A stretch of DNA of 64,000 bases from Candidatus Aminicenantes bacterium (lineage in GTDB: Bacteria > Acidobacteriota > Aminicenantia > UBA2199), in contig CAVYQZ010000006.1 of assembly GCA_963770755.1 (NCBI GenBank), forward strand, positions 91,480 to 155,479. Direction: 5' to 3'. The notes beneath the pieces were generated by a model that was not told the DNA's origin, searched no databases, and saw only the letters and a program-made list of their open reading frames with translations. Every line of letters starts with the position of its first letter. Position 1 is the stretch's first letter. This document shows, piece after piece, positions 25,349 through 34,969 of the stretch. A program made the position numbers and the translations under genes.

Positions 25349-25825
25349 TTATTCACCGTTAAAGATTTTCAGCCATTGCTCCACTTCGTTCTGGGAAACC
25401 CGGGTATTGACCCTTTTCATGGTTTCCTCTTTTTTACCATGGTAAAGAAAGGCTTTTTTCAGGGTGAAATAAAATTCGATGGAATTAATGGTGCGGGCGC
25501 CCTTGTCCTTGGCGTATTTTTTCAACTCGCGGTCGGTGGTTACCAGGATGATTTCCTTGTGCTGCTGGTAATGGTCCAGGATGTGCTTGATTTCATCGTC
25601 GGCTGTCAGCCCGTAACGGGGATAGACCACGGTCAGCTTGGCATTGATGGGGTTTTTCAGTTCGCTGCCCTGCGGTTCACCGTCAAAGACCACGGTGATT
25701 TTCGTATTCTTGCTTTCCTGGAATTTTCGAATCAAGGATACCATTTTCCCCCGGGATTCGGGGTCGGCCAGAGAAAAATCGGGGGCGCTGCCAATCAGGT
25801 TGTTGCCGTCGACGATGTAAGCCAT
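25349..25825 (-). CDS. NYN/YacP-like (PIN-like) nuclease-domain protein
   Basis: MAYIVDGNNLIGSAPDF...ITVVFDG matches the YacP/Rae1-type NYN start. Confidence 0.7.
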   Translation of the reverse strand: MAYIVDGNNLIGSAPDFSLADPESRGKMVSLIRKFQESKNTKITVVFDGEPQGSELKNPINAKLTVVYPRYGLTADDEIKHILDHYQQHKEIILVTTDRELKKYAKDKGARTINSIEFYFTLKKAFLYHGKKEETMKRVNTRVSQNEVEQWLKIFNGE

Positions 25826-26482
25826 CTATAACTCGATGGATCCGCCGGGCTGTAATATGGTCACCGTGCTGGCAGCCCCGACAAGCCTTTTGAATTCTTG
25901 CGGGGACGACTGGATCGGGGCGAAGGTGTCGTAGTGTATGGGAACGGCACGCGGTACGGCCAGCAATTGCACGGCCTTGGCAGCCAGGCGCGGGGTCATG
26001 TTGTAGCGGCCGTCTATGGGCAGGAAGGCGATATCCGGGCGGTACAATTCTCCGATCAGCTGCATCTCCAGGGTCAGCCCGGTGTCGCCGGCGTGGTAAA
26101 CGGTCTTGCCGTCCATGGCCACGATAATGCCGGCTGCAGTGCCGCCCAGTCCGGCACTGTGAAAAGCCGGGACCAGCGAAACCTCCACTCCGGCGACATT
26201 CAGGGTGCCGCCGATGCCCATGCCTTCGGCCTTGATTTGATTTTCGCCGGCATTCTGGGCGATCTCGTGCAAGGCCACCAAAGTGGCACCGGTTTTGCGG
26301 CAGATGGCATAACTGTCGCCCACATGGTCGCCGTGGTCGTGGCTGACGATCAGCACGTCGACCCGGGTGATGTCCTCGGCCCGGCACGAGGCTTTGGGGT
26401 TGCCGGTCAAAAAAGGATCGATTAAAACGGTTTTGCTGCCTTCGATCTTGAGGGCCGAATGTCCGAGCCAGGTAATCTTCAT
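25826..26482 (-). CDS. UPF0173 metal-dependent hydrolase (metallo-beta-lactamase fold)
   Basis: MKITWLGHSALKIEGSKTVLIDPFLTGNP ... VSHDHGDH. Confidence 0.85.
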   Translation of the reverse strand: MKITWLGHSALKIEGSKTVLIDPFLTGNPKASCRAEDITRVDVLIVSHDHGDHVGDSYAICRKTGATLVALHEIAQNAGENQIKAEGMGIGGTLNVAGVEVSLVPAFHSAGLGGTAAGIIVAMDGKTVYHAGDTGLTLEMQLIGELYRPDIAFLPIDGRYNMTPRLAAKAVQLLAVPRAVPIHYDTFAPIQSSPQEFKRLVGAASTVTILQPGGSIEL

Positions 26483-26491
26483 GGGACCTCC

Positions 26492-26824
26492 TCAGCCTGG
26501 GGGCCAGTTCATTTTGCGGCCGCCCAGGATGTGCAGATGCAGGTGGAAAACAGCCTGGCCGGCGTCCCGCCCGTTATTGATCACCAGGCGGTATTGATCC
26601 AGTCCGACTTTGGCGGCGGTCTGGCGGGCAAAGCCCAGCAAATGGCCCAGCAGGTTCGGATCGGACGCGTCGCTCAGGGAAGCGATGTGACGGCGTGGAA
26701 TCACCAAAATATGAACCGGAGCTTGCGGGGCAATGTCATTGAAGCTGACGGCCGCGTCATCTTCAAGGATGAAGCGGGTCGGGATCTCGCCGCCGGCGAT
26801 TTTACAAAAAATACAGGACTCCAT
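26492..26824 (-). CDS. HIT-family (histidine triad) nucleotide hydrolase
   Basis: CIFCKIAGGEIP ... VFHLHLHILGG. Confidence 0.85.
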   Translation of the reverse strand: MESCIFCKIAGGEIPTRFILEDDAAVSFNDIAPQAPVHILVIPRRHIASLSDASDPNLLGHLLGFARQTAAKVGLDQYRLVINNGRDAGQAVFHLHLHILGGRKMNWPPG

Positions 26825-26826
26825 GT

Positions 26827-28086
26827 TTACTCCTCGATTATTTTAATATCTGCACCCAAATTTTGCAATTTAAGCGGCATGGCTTCATAACCGCGGAACA
26901 ACTGGTAGGAATTTTCGATGATCGTTTCGCCGGCGGCCAGCAGGCCGCCGAGGACCAGCGCGGCCGAAGCGCGAAGATCGGTGGTCTTGATCACCGCCCC
27001 GTGCAGCCGGGTCGGGCCCGTAATGACCGCCGTGTCGTGTTCGACCACGATGGCGGCTCCCAGGCGGTTCAATTCGCCTACATGGCGAAAACGGTCATTG
27101 AATATTCTCTCCCTGACCAGTGAAACCCCGGTCGCCTGAGTTAACAGCGTGGTCAGTTGGGCTTGCAGGTCGGTTGGAAAACCGGGATAAGGTTCGGTGA
27201 TCACTTCAGCCGGCGACAGGTTTTTCATTCCCCTGACCGCGATGGCCTGTTCGGAAACGGTCATGGACGCACCCATGCTTTCCAGGATCGTGATCAGGCT
27301 TTGCAGGTGTCCAGGGACCATGTCCTGGATGTGGATGTCGTTGCCGGCGCAGCAGCCGGTGATCAGATAGGTCCCGGCTTCGATGCGGTCGGGGATAACC
27401 CGGTGTCGGGCGCCATGAAGCGATGTCTGGCCGCGGATAACGATCGTTTCGCTGTCCTGGCCGCTGATGGCGGCCCCCATTTCCTGCAGCAGTGAGATCA
27501 AGTCGGCTATTTCAGGTTCCAGGGCGCAATTGCTCAAAACGGTGATTCCATCGGCCAGGGTGGCGGCCATGATCAGGTTCTCCGTCCCGGTGACCGTTTT
27601 GGCCGGGAAACGATACTCAATGCCCTGCAAGCGCTTGCAACTGGCGATGATGTATTCGCCTTCCGAAACGATCTGAGCCCCCATGGCCTCGAGGCCCTGC
27701 AAATGAAAGTTAATTTTTCTTTCACCGATGGCGCAGCCGCCGGGGAATGAAACTTTGGCAAAGCCATGGCGGGCCAGCAGCGGGCCGAGGAGCAGAACCG
27801 AGGCCCGCGTAGTCTTGGCGGTCTCGTGTGAAACCAGCGCCGCTTTAACCGTCGGCAGGGCGGCGTGGATGGAATTCCCCCGTATTTCCCCCTGGACGCC
27901 GATTTCCTGCAGGGCGGAAAACATGATCTTGATGTCCTCCACCAGGGGGATGTTGCTGAATTCGATCGGGTCGGTGCTGAGGCAAATGGCCGCCAGTTCA
28001 GGCAGAGCGGCATTCTTGGCCCCGGAAATGGAGACGCTGCCGCTCAGCGGCCTGCCGCCGTTAATGACAATCTTTGCTTGCTGCAT
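26827..28086 (-). CDS. murA: UDP-N-acetylglucosamine 1-carboxyvinyltransferase
   Basis: MQQAKIVINGGRPLSGSVSISGAKNAALP... ATG 28086 is preferred over GTG 28110. Confidence 0.95.
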   Translation of the reverse strand: MQQAKIVINGGRPLSGSVSISGAKNAALPELAAICLSTDPIEFSNIPLVEDIKIMFSALQEIGVQGEIRGNSIHAALPTVKAALVSHETAKTTRASVLLLGPLLARHGFAKVSFPGGCAIGERKINFHLQGLEAMGAQIVSEGEYIIASCKRLQGIEYRFPAKTVTGTENLIMAATLADGITVLSNCALEPEIADLISLLQEMGAAISGQDSETIVIRGQTSLHGARHRVIPDRIEAGTYLITGCCAGNDIHIQDMVPGHLQSLITILESMGASMTVSEQAIAVRGMKNLSPAEVITEPYPGFPTDLQAQLTTLLTQATGVSLVRERIFNDRFRHVGELNRLGAAIVVEHDTAVITGPTRLHGAVIKTTDLRASAALVLGGLLAAGETIIENSYQLFRGYEAMPLKLQNLGADIKIIEE

Positions 28087-28296
28087 GGTTGGTAAAATCG
28101 AGTCCCACACTGGCTTTCCTGTTCAGCCAGCGCCTCAATATACATAATCGACGAAGGAAAGTCAAGAAAGAGGCGCACGGCGGGAATGGATAATTTGTGC
28201 GCTCCCCAAGGGGGATAGACAAATTAGATCCGCCACGAAACGTGTCGGATCATTTGTGCTGTTGCCAAAAAAAACGCCATCTTATACAATAGAACA

Positions 28297-28773
28297 ATGG
28301 TTCGAACATTATCCTGGACTGGTATTGGGGCTGCCGTTTTCCGCTTTCTGCTGCTGCCGGTACTCATGCTGGGGCTGTTCTCCTGCTTCAGTTTTCGGGT
28401 CGAGGTGCCCCTGGATCCCGAATGCGTCATCGACACGCTGGTGATCGTCAAAGCCATTCCGGATAAAAACGCCCTGGAAGAAAAAATTGTTGCCGAAGCG
28501 GCCGCCACGACCGATGCCAACCTGTACGCCCTGATCAAGGTGCTGCAGGTGAGCAAGCCGCTGAAACTGCAGTGGCATTGGTACTCCCCGGAAAACAAGC
28601 TGATGCGGCGCTCCAAGACCGTTGAGATCAATGCCAAGGACAAGTACTTGAGCTATTTCGCGGCTTGGGATGCCATGCCGCAATCCTACTATGCCGACAA
28701 AAAAGGCCGCTGGACCGTGTTGATCACCGCCGACGGCGCATTCCTGGCCAAGACCGAATTCGAGATCAAATAG
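28297..28773 (+). CDS. lipoprotein, unknown function
   Basis: Lipobox LGLFSC. Promoter-like TTGCCA-17-TACAAT lies just upstream. Confidence 0.55.
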   Translation: MVRTLSWTGIGAAVFRFLLLPVLMLGLFSCFSFRVEVPLDPECVIDTLVIVKAIPDKNALEEKIVAEAAATTDANLYALIKVLQVSKPLKLQWHWYSPENKLMRRSKTVEINAKDKYLSYFAAWDAMPQSYYADKKGRWTVLITADGAFLAKTEFEIK

Positions 28774-28797
28774 GCGGCTGGGGAAATTTGGACGCGG

Positions 28798-30174
28798 TTA
28801 GAGTGGTGTCGGTTCTGTCGATAGTTCTTCTTCAACCAGCAGAACCTGTCCTCCGGGCCGGAGTGCCAAGTAATGGAAGTGCGAGTTATCATCAAAAACG
28901 ACGCTTACTCCCATCACTGCTTGGTAGAGCTTCCCGTCAACTCCATCCACCGCGACCCTGTGTTGTCCATTTATCTCGGTTATCACATAGGCCAGGTGGG
29001 ACCCGTCAGGGCTGAATACAGGAATACTGAATGTTGGATTGTTGGCGAACAGGTAGGGTTTCCGTAAAACTCCGTCCACGGCAAGGGCCCACTTCTTGCC
29101 GGTTCTGGCCGCATAAGCGATATGGCTGCCGTCGGGGCTGAAGGCCGGCAAACCGACTTCTTCGTGGCTGCCGATGCTGCGGCCATCGAGGAATACCGAT
29201 ATATTGTCTTCCAACTCGGTGGCGAAAGCGAAGTGCTTGCTGTCCGGGCTGAATATGACCCAATCGATTTGATTTTCATAACTCCCGTAGGCCTGCCCGT
29301 CGACGATCACGGACCATATTCCGCTTTTCTCGACTGAGAAGGCCATGCGTTTTCCATCCGGACTGAAAGATGAGTTGCCGAAGTCTTCGTACGCCTCACT
29401 TTCCTTGCCGTCGACGACCAAATGCCATTGACCGTCCTGCTTTGCCCAGTAGGCCAGCCTTCCGTCGGCGCTGAAGAATATTTGGGCGATTACTATTTCG
29501 CGGAAGCCCCAGGCAAGAATTTTGGGAACGTATGCAAAGCTGTCATAGCCTTTGCCCTCTACGCCATCAAGTACTATCTTGACTTTACCGTCGCCATCGG
29601 CGGCATAAGCCAGATGCTTTCCATCCGGGCTGAAGACGGCTGATCCTACTTTGTTGTAGGCATTGCCCTCAACGCCGTCGACGACCATGCACCACCAGCC
29701 TTGGGGCAGCAGCGCGGCATAAGCGAATCGCTGCCCGTCGGCACTGAGCACCGGACCGAGGACTCTTTTATACGCCTTGCCCTGTTTGCCGTCATGGACC
29801 ATGGCCCAACTTTTTTTACCCAGCCTCATGCCGTAGGCCAGGTGGCGGCTGTCGGCGCTTAATATCATGGGTTGCACTCCCAGCAATATTCCTGCTCCGG
29901 CTTCGGCACTAACCGGGTCCAAAAAAATAACATCCTCAACCGTTGCCTCGACTTTGCCGTCCACTTCAATGCTCCAACCCGAATCGGCTTTGCGCACGAA
30001 GGCGAAACGGCGCCGGTCGTTGCCAACTGTAAGTGTGCCGGGCTTGAACTTGCTGATCGTGGTGATCAGTTTCTCGGTGGCAACCCGTTTCAACTTGGGG
30101 GCGTCTTGCGCGCCCAACCAAACAACCGTGTTGACCAGGAATGCAAAAAACAATGCCAAGATACATTTTTTCAT
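28798..30174 (-). CDS. secreted WD40-like (TolB-type) beta-propeller repeat protein
   Basis: Signal peptide, then at least six FSPDG(K/S)..A(Y/F) repeats. SD GGGAGG. Confidence 0.7.
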   Translation of the reverse strand: MKKCILALFFAFLVNTVVWLGAQDAPKLKRVATEKLITTISKFKPGTLTVGNDRRRFAFVRKADSGWSIEVDGKVEATVEDVIFLDPVSAEAGAGILLGVQPMILSADSRHLAYGMRLGKKSWAMVHDGKQGKAYKRVLGPVLSADGQRFAYAALLPQGWWCMVVDGVEGNAYNKVGSAVFSPDGKHLAYAADGDGKVKIVLDGVEGKGYDSFAYVPKILAWGFREIVIAQIFFSADGRLAYWAKQDGQWHLVVDGKESEAYEDFGNSSFSPDGKRMAFSVEKSGIWSVIVDGQAYGSYENQIDWVIFSPDSKHFAFATELEDNISVFLDGRSIGSHEEVGLPAFSPDGSHIAYAARTGKKWALAVDGVLRKPYLFANNPTFSIPVFSPDGSHLAYVITEINGQHRVAVDGVDGKLYQAVMGVSVVFDDNSHFHYLALRPGGQVLLVEEELSTEPTPL

Positions 30175-30253
30175 CTTTCCAACCTCCCTCTCACTGTCTT
30201 GAATGTTTAGTAATATGAATTGTATCTTAAATGATTGTTGTTAAAATTTCAAC

Positions 30254-31423
30254 TCAATCGGGCGGCGCGTCTTTCGCGACCAGGCGGGCCCGGCGCGATT
30301 TTTTTTCGGAAATGGTAAAGAGCAGTTTTTTGGCTTCGCTTGCCGCCTGGGCGGCCAGGCGCTCATCCACCTTCTTGGAGACCAATACGGCGGTTACCGT
30401 GCCGACCCTGTCGATTTGCAGCTCCAGGGCCAAGTCCTTCGGGAACCATGACCAGGAGAGAACCAGCTCGGGATTCTGCAGATTGGACCAACCCACATCG
30501 CCATCGATGCGGAAGGGAAAATCGCTTTGCCCGGGTGCCTTGGACCGTCCGGCCGGGGCCGCACCCCGTTTTTTTTTCGCGACTTCAGTCTGGGCGGTGC
30601 CGGCAGCTGCGAGAATTTCGCTTGGCCGCGCCGCGATGGCTTCCGGCTTATTTTGCTTCACTGAATTTTGCTCGGCTTCGACAGCCTTTGCTTCCGCTAC
30701 TTTGGTCGCGGACCGCTCTTTGGTCGCGAATGCCAGTTGCCCCTCGCCCAAGGCCGGGGGTTTGGCCGCGGTCCGGGCCGCACTTTTTTTCGGCAAGGGC
30801 TCTTCCAACGCCGGCTGCTCCTGCAGGCTCGTGGAAAGGTCATCTCCCTTCACGGAAGTTGGCATGGACTTGCCGCCCACCGCCGACAAATCTTTATCAG
30901 CTGCGACGGCGGCTATTTTTTCAGGAATAGCCGCATCGGCAAATCCCGCATAGGTATCGCTTTCGTTCCGCCTGCTTGTTGACTTTTTATCCGCGCCCCG
31001 GTCAAGTCGTTGGGCTGTTTGCGGGGCCGGCTGCTGGTCACGGGCAGCGGTCTGATCAATTTGCCGGAAATCATTTTCGTCGATAACCTGTGAGGGTTTT
31101 TGCTGTTCCGCGGGCTGCCAGAAGCGGTTGCCGCTGAGAAACAAGTAGCCGATGAAAACCACGACCAGCATAGCGGCGGCAACTTCAAATACCAGGCGCA
31201 GCTGCAGCGGCGACCTGGCCGTTTTTACTTCTCTTGCCATGGCCGACCGCAGCAGGTGGGCCGGGATTTTTTCGCGGCCGCGCCGAATGGCGGTGACTTC
31301 GGCCAGTTCGTCGAGGCAGACCGGGCAGCGTGAAAAATGGTTTTCCAGCTCGCTTTTTTGGGCGGCGCTCAGCAGCCCGTCCACATAGGCTGCCAGGTCT
31401 TCGCTGCGGATATGGTCACTCAT
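30254..31423 (-). CDS. anti-sigma factor (zf-HC2), single-pass membrane protein
   Basis: LAAYVDGLLSAAQKSELENHFSRCPVCLDEL, then a TM helix, then a P/A/K-rich periplasmic region. ATG 31423 overlaps the sigma stop (ATGAGTGA). Confidence 0.7.
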   Translation of the reverse strand: MSDHIRSEDLAAYVDGLLSAAQKSELENHFSRCPVCLDELAEVTAIRRGREKIPAHLLRSAMAREVKTARSPLQLRLVFEVAAAMLVVVFIGYLFLSGNRFWQPAEQQKPSQVIDENDFRQIDQTAARDQQPAPQTAQRLDRGADKKSTSRRNESDTYAGFADAAIPEKIAAVAADKDLSAVGGKSMPTSVKGDDLSTSLQEQPALEEPLPKKSAARTAAKPPALGEGQLAFATKERSATKVAEAKAVEAEQNSVKQNKPEAIAARPSEILAAAGTAQTEVAKKKRGAAPAGRSKAPGQSDFPFRIDGDVGWSNLQNPELVLSWSWFPKDLALELQIDRVGTVTAVLVSKKVDERLAAQAASEAKKLLFTISEKKSRRARLVAKDAPPD

Positions 31424-32177
31424 GGGCTTCCTCCCCCAGTGCGGCTGAGACATCGGCCCGGCTGAATCGCGGTTGGCTTTCCATTTCATTTCGGACTTTT
31501 TCCAGTGCCCGGGCCAGAAACTTGTACATCGAATTTTGCTGCAGAAGCTTCCCCGCTTCCTTGATTTTCAACCCCTTGAAGTAAACCAGCTGGATGGCCA
31601 TGCTTTCCCGGGCCGATAAACAGGCCAGCGCCCGCTGCAGCTCATGCTCCAGTTTTTCGCGCGCCTGCCGCCGTTCGGCCTCGGCCATTTCATGTTCCGG
31701 GGTGGCGGTCTCGGCCACATGTTTCAGGAAAGCCGGGACGGCATCGTAGGAAACCACCCTGATTTTTTTCAGGCGAAAATCCCGCCCGTATTTCGCCCTC
31801 AAAAAATCGATGGCCAGGCGGCGCGCGACGACCGTCAGCCAGGTGGAAACTTTGGCGTTGCCTTCAAAGCGGCGCAGCCGCGCAAAACGATCCTCGCGCA
31901 ATTTTTCAAGGATATGGATAAAAGCGGCCATTTTTTCGTCTTGATCGTCGCAATACTTTCCGATCGCCCCGAAAATATAGTTGGCATATTTCAAGATAAA
32001 TTTCTGCCAGCCGGTCGCGTCGCCGCTGATTACGGTCTGAAGCAGATAGGAATCGTTGCCGAAAAGCCCATTCATTACCTGCTCTATTACCAGTAAAGCG
32101 CCGAAGTTGTCAAGTTCCAAGGTTGCCGCCGCGGCATTTCCATGGTTGACAAGGATATTTCCCATTCTCAATGTCAT
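31416..32177 (-). CDS. ECF-type sigma-70 family sigma factor
   Basis: Region 2-like STWLTVVARRLAIDFLR and region 4-like ESMAIQLVYFKGLKIKEAGKLL. GGAG SD before ATG 32177 (the ORF is open to 32204; ATG 32075 is also possible). Confidence 0.7.
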   Translation of the reverse strand: MTLRMGNILVNHGNAAAATLELDNFGALLVIEQVMNGLFGNDSYLLQTVISGDATGWQKFILKYANYIFGAIGKYCDDQDEKMAAFIHILEKLREDRFARLRRFEGNAKVSTWLTVVARRLAIDFLRAKYGRDFRLKKIRVVSYDAVPAFLKHVAETATPEHEMAEAERRQAREKLEHELQRALACLSARESMAIQLVYFKGLKIKEAGKLLQQNSMYKFLARALEKVRNEMESQPRFSRADVSAALGEEAHE

Positions 32178-32308
32178 TGTGACTCCAGGCCAATTTCCGA
32201 TCAATTAGACGGATTTAAAGAACAATTTTCCGCGCCGTGCGCCGATTTTTGTTGACTTTAAAAAGATTTTTTTTGATAATCAAATTTACCAAACAATGAG
32301 GAGATGAC

Positions 32309-33184
32309 ATGGAATACGCGGAAATCGGAATCATCGGCGGCAGCGGCTTTTATGACCTGGAGGGCATGGAGGACGTTCATGCCGTCAAGCTGAAAACACC
32401 CTTTGGAGCTCCGACCGAAAAACTCATGCTCGGCCGGCTGCGCAACCGCTCGGTGGCCTTCCTATCCCGGCACGGCCACGGCCATTTCCTGAATCCCTCC
32501 GAGGTCAATTACCGGGCCAACCTCTACGCCATGAAAATGCTCAAGGTGGAGTATCTGTTTTCCATCACCGCCGTCGGTTCGCTGAAAGAGGAACTGCGGC
32601 CGGGCGAACTGGTGATTCCCGACCAGTATGTCGACCTGACCTATAAAAGGGCGAAAACATTTTTTGAAAACGGCATGGTCGCCCATGTGACTTTTGCCGA
32701 CCCCACCTGCCGCTCTCTGGGCCAGTTGGCCCACCGTTTGGCCGGGGAATCGGGCCTGACCGCCCACCTGGGCGGGACCTACTGCAATATGGAAGGCCCG
32801 CAATTTTCCAGTCGGGCCGAGTCCCTGGCCTACCGGCAGATGGGATATTCGCTGATCGGCATGACCCAGGCCGTGGAAGCCAAGCTGGCCCGGGAACTGG
32901 AAATGTGCTTTTTGCCCCTGGCCCTGGTCACCGACTACGATTGCTGGCATCAAAGTGAGGAATCGGTCAGTGTGGAAATGGTCATCGCCAATCTGAACCA
33001 GGCGGTGGCCGGCGTCAAGAAACTGCTGCCGCTGATCATCGCCGCCATTCCGGAAAAAAGAGAATCGTGCCCCTGCGCCGACGCCCTGGCCACATCGATC
33101 ATCACCGCGCCGGCGCTAATCCCGGAAAAAACCTATAAAAAACTGGAGATCATCATCGGCAAATACATCCCGTCACGCATATGA
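32309..33184 (+). CDS. mtnP: S-methyl-5'-thioadenosine phosphorylase
   Basis: IGIIGGSGFYDL ... FLSRHGHGH ... MTQAVEAKLARE. Confidence 0.9.
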   Translation: MEYAEIGIIGGSGFYDLEGMEDVHAVKLKTPFGAPTEKLMLGRLRNRSVAFLSRHGHGHFLNPSEVNYRANLYAMKMLKVEYLFSITAVGSLKEELRPGELVIPDQYVDLTYKRAKTFFENGMVAHVTFADPTCRSLGQLAHRLAGESGLTAHLGGTYCNMEGPQFSSRAESLAYRQMGYSLIGMTQAVEAKLARELEMCFLPLALVTDYDCWHQSEESVSVEMVIANLNQAVAGVKKLLPLIIAAIPEKRESCPCADALATSIITAPALIPEKTYKKLEIIIGKYIPSRI

Positions 33185-33191
33185 GGCAGCC

Positions 33192-34265
33192 ATGGCAAAA
33201 CCCTCAAAACTAATCCTGGTCATCAACCCCGGCAACACGTCGACCAAGGTCGCCGTGTATGACGGGACCACGCCCCGGTGCGTCGAATCGATCAAGCATT
33301 CGGACGAAGAGCTCGCCCGCTTCGCCGACATCAATGCGCAAAAGGATTTCCGCACCGGGCTGATCTACGACTTTCTGCAGAAAAAAGCCATCGCCACGGA
33401 CGAGATCCTGGCCGTGGCCGCCCGCGGCGGCCTGCTCAAGCCCCTGGCCAGCGGCACCTATACCGTCAACCCGGCCATGATCGGCGACCTGATCGAGGCC
33501 CGCAAAGGCACGCACGCTTCCAACCTGGCCGCCCAGATCGGCTATGCCATCGCCGAAAAATTGGGCGTCTCGTGTTATATCGTGGATCCCGTTTCGGTGG
33601 ACGAGGCCGAACCCCTGGCCCGATACTCCGGCCATCGCCTGTTCAGCCGGGTCATGCTCACCCACGCCCTGAACATGAAGGCCGTGGCCAAACGCTTTTG
33701 CCGCGAAAAAAAACTGGACTATCAGCGCGTTACGCTGCTGGTCATCCACCTGGGAACGGGAAATTCATTGTCCATTCACCAGAACGGGCGCATGGTGGAT
33801 GCCGTCAACCCCGCCGAGGAGGGGGCTTTCTCGGCCGACCGCTGCGGCGGACTGCCCACACTGCAGATTGCGCGCTATATCGTTGAAAACAGACTGGCAT
33901 TCAAAGATTTCGAAAAAATGGTTTTCGGATCTGGCGGCCTGTTTTCCTACCTGGGCAGCAAGGATTTTCTCAAAATCAAGGACGACTACCTTCAGGGCGA
34001 TGCGGAAACCGTGGAGGTCGTGCAGGCCATGGCCTACCAGGTGGCCAAGGAGGCGGGCGCCTTGAGCACGGTGGTCAACGGCAAGGTAGACGCCATCCTG
34101 ATCACCGGCGGCATCGCTTTCAATGACTTTTTCATTGAGTTGATCCGCCAGCGTATCCAGTTCATCGCCCCGGTTCACGTTTTTGCCGGCGAAGATGAAA
34201 TGCAAGCCCTGGCTGAAGGAGTGTTGCGGGTGTTGAGCGGGGAAGAAACAGCCAAAACCTATTAA
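33192..34265 (+). CDS. buk: butyrate kinase
   Basis: ILVINPGNTSTKVAVYDG ... VIHLGTGNSLS ... ILITGGIA. Confidence 0.9.
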   Translation: MAKPSKLILVINPGNTSTKVAVYDGTTPRCVESIKHSDEELARFADINAQKDFRTGLIYDFLQKKAIATDEILAVAARGGLLKPLASGTYTVNPAMIGDLIEARKGTHASNLAAQIGYAIAEKLGVSCYIVDPVSVDEAEPLARYSGHRLFSRVMLTHALNMKAVAKRFCREKKLDYQRVTLLVIHLGTGNSLSIHQNGRMVDAVNPAEEGAFSADRCGGLPTLQIARYIVENRLAFKDFEKMVFGSGGLFSYLGSKDFLKIKDDYLQGDAETVEVVQAMAYQVAKEAGALSTVVNGKVDAILITGGIAFNDFFIELIRQRIQFIAPVHVFAGEDEMQALAEGVLRVLSGEETAKTY

Positions 34266-34318
34266 GCGTCAACCATGACAAAAAAATTATTCATGAATGG
34301 CATGGAAAGGGTAAAGCC

Positions 34319-34900
34319 ATGATCGGGGATGAACGCCTGAATCCGAGCTCGACCGCTACGGAAAAGCAGATAGCCGTTCTGGAGCGAAAAATAGATGAGT
34401 TGAAACAGAAATACATCCTTTTTTTTTCCGGGGAAACCAAACAACCGCCGGAGCAGGAAAGGGAGGAAACCGAAAAAGCCGTCAGGAAATTGATTTATGG
34501 CGGTGCCAAATCGGCCAAGATGAGCATGATCATCCAGAACCTGGCGGCACGATTCAGCCTATACAACAACTTGTGGCTGAAACAGCTCAATGAAATGGAA
34601 TTCGGTGTCTCCCGGCTGCGGAAAAAGAATGTTGCCACACAGCCGCCATACAAATCCCAGCCACAATCCAAAAAAGACACGGGCCCGCAGGAAGTTTTTT
34701 TGAGCCTGAATGATGAGGGCAGCTTTGAGAATTTTTTTGCGACTTACCAGCAATTGCTGCCACAAACAAAGCGGGCGGACCTGGACAAAGAGGAGGTCAT
34801 CAACAGTGTAAAAAGCAAATTGGTGACCCATAACCTGGTCGAAACCAAGGTCAGCGTCACCTTGCAAAACGGCAAGCCGAACATCACCTTTAAGGAATAG
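34319..34900 (+). CDS. hypothetical protein
   Basis: 193-aa ORF with coding-like composition. No motif recognised. Confidence 0.5.
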   Translation: MIGDERLNPSSTATEKQIAVLERKIDELKQKYILFFSGETKQPPEQEREETEKAVRKLIYGGAKSAKMSMIIQNLAARFSLYNNLWLKQLNEMEFGVSRLRKKNVATQPPYKSQPQSKKDTGPQEVFLSLNDEGSFENFFATYQQLLPQTKRADLDKEEVINSVKSKLVTHNLVETKVSVTLQNGKPNITFKE

Positions 34901-34969
34901 AAGAACAATCAGGCAATATGTTGGGGTTTGATTAATCAAACCCCTGCAGCCCGGTCACATACCCGAGAT

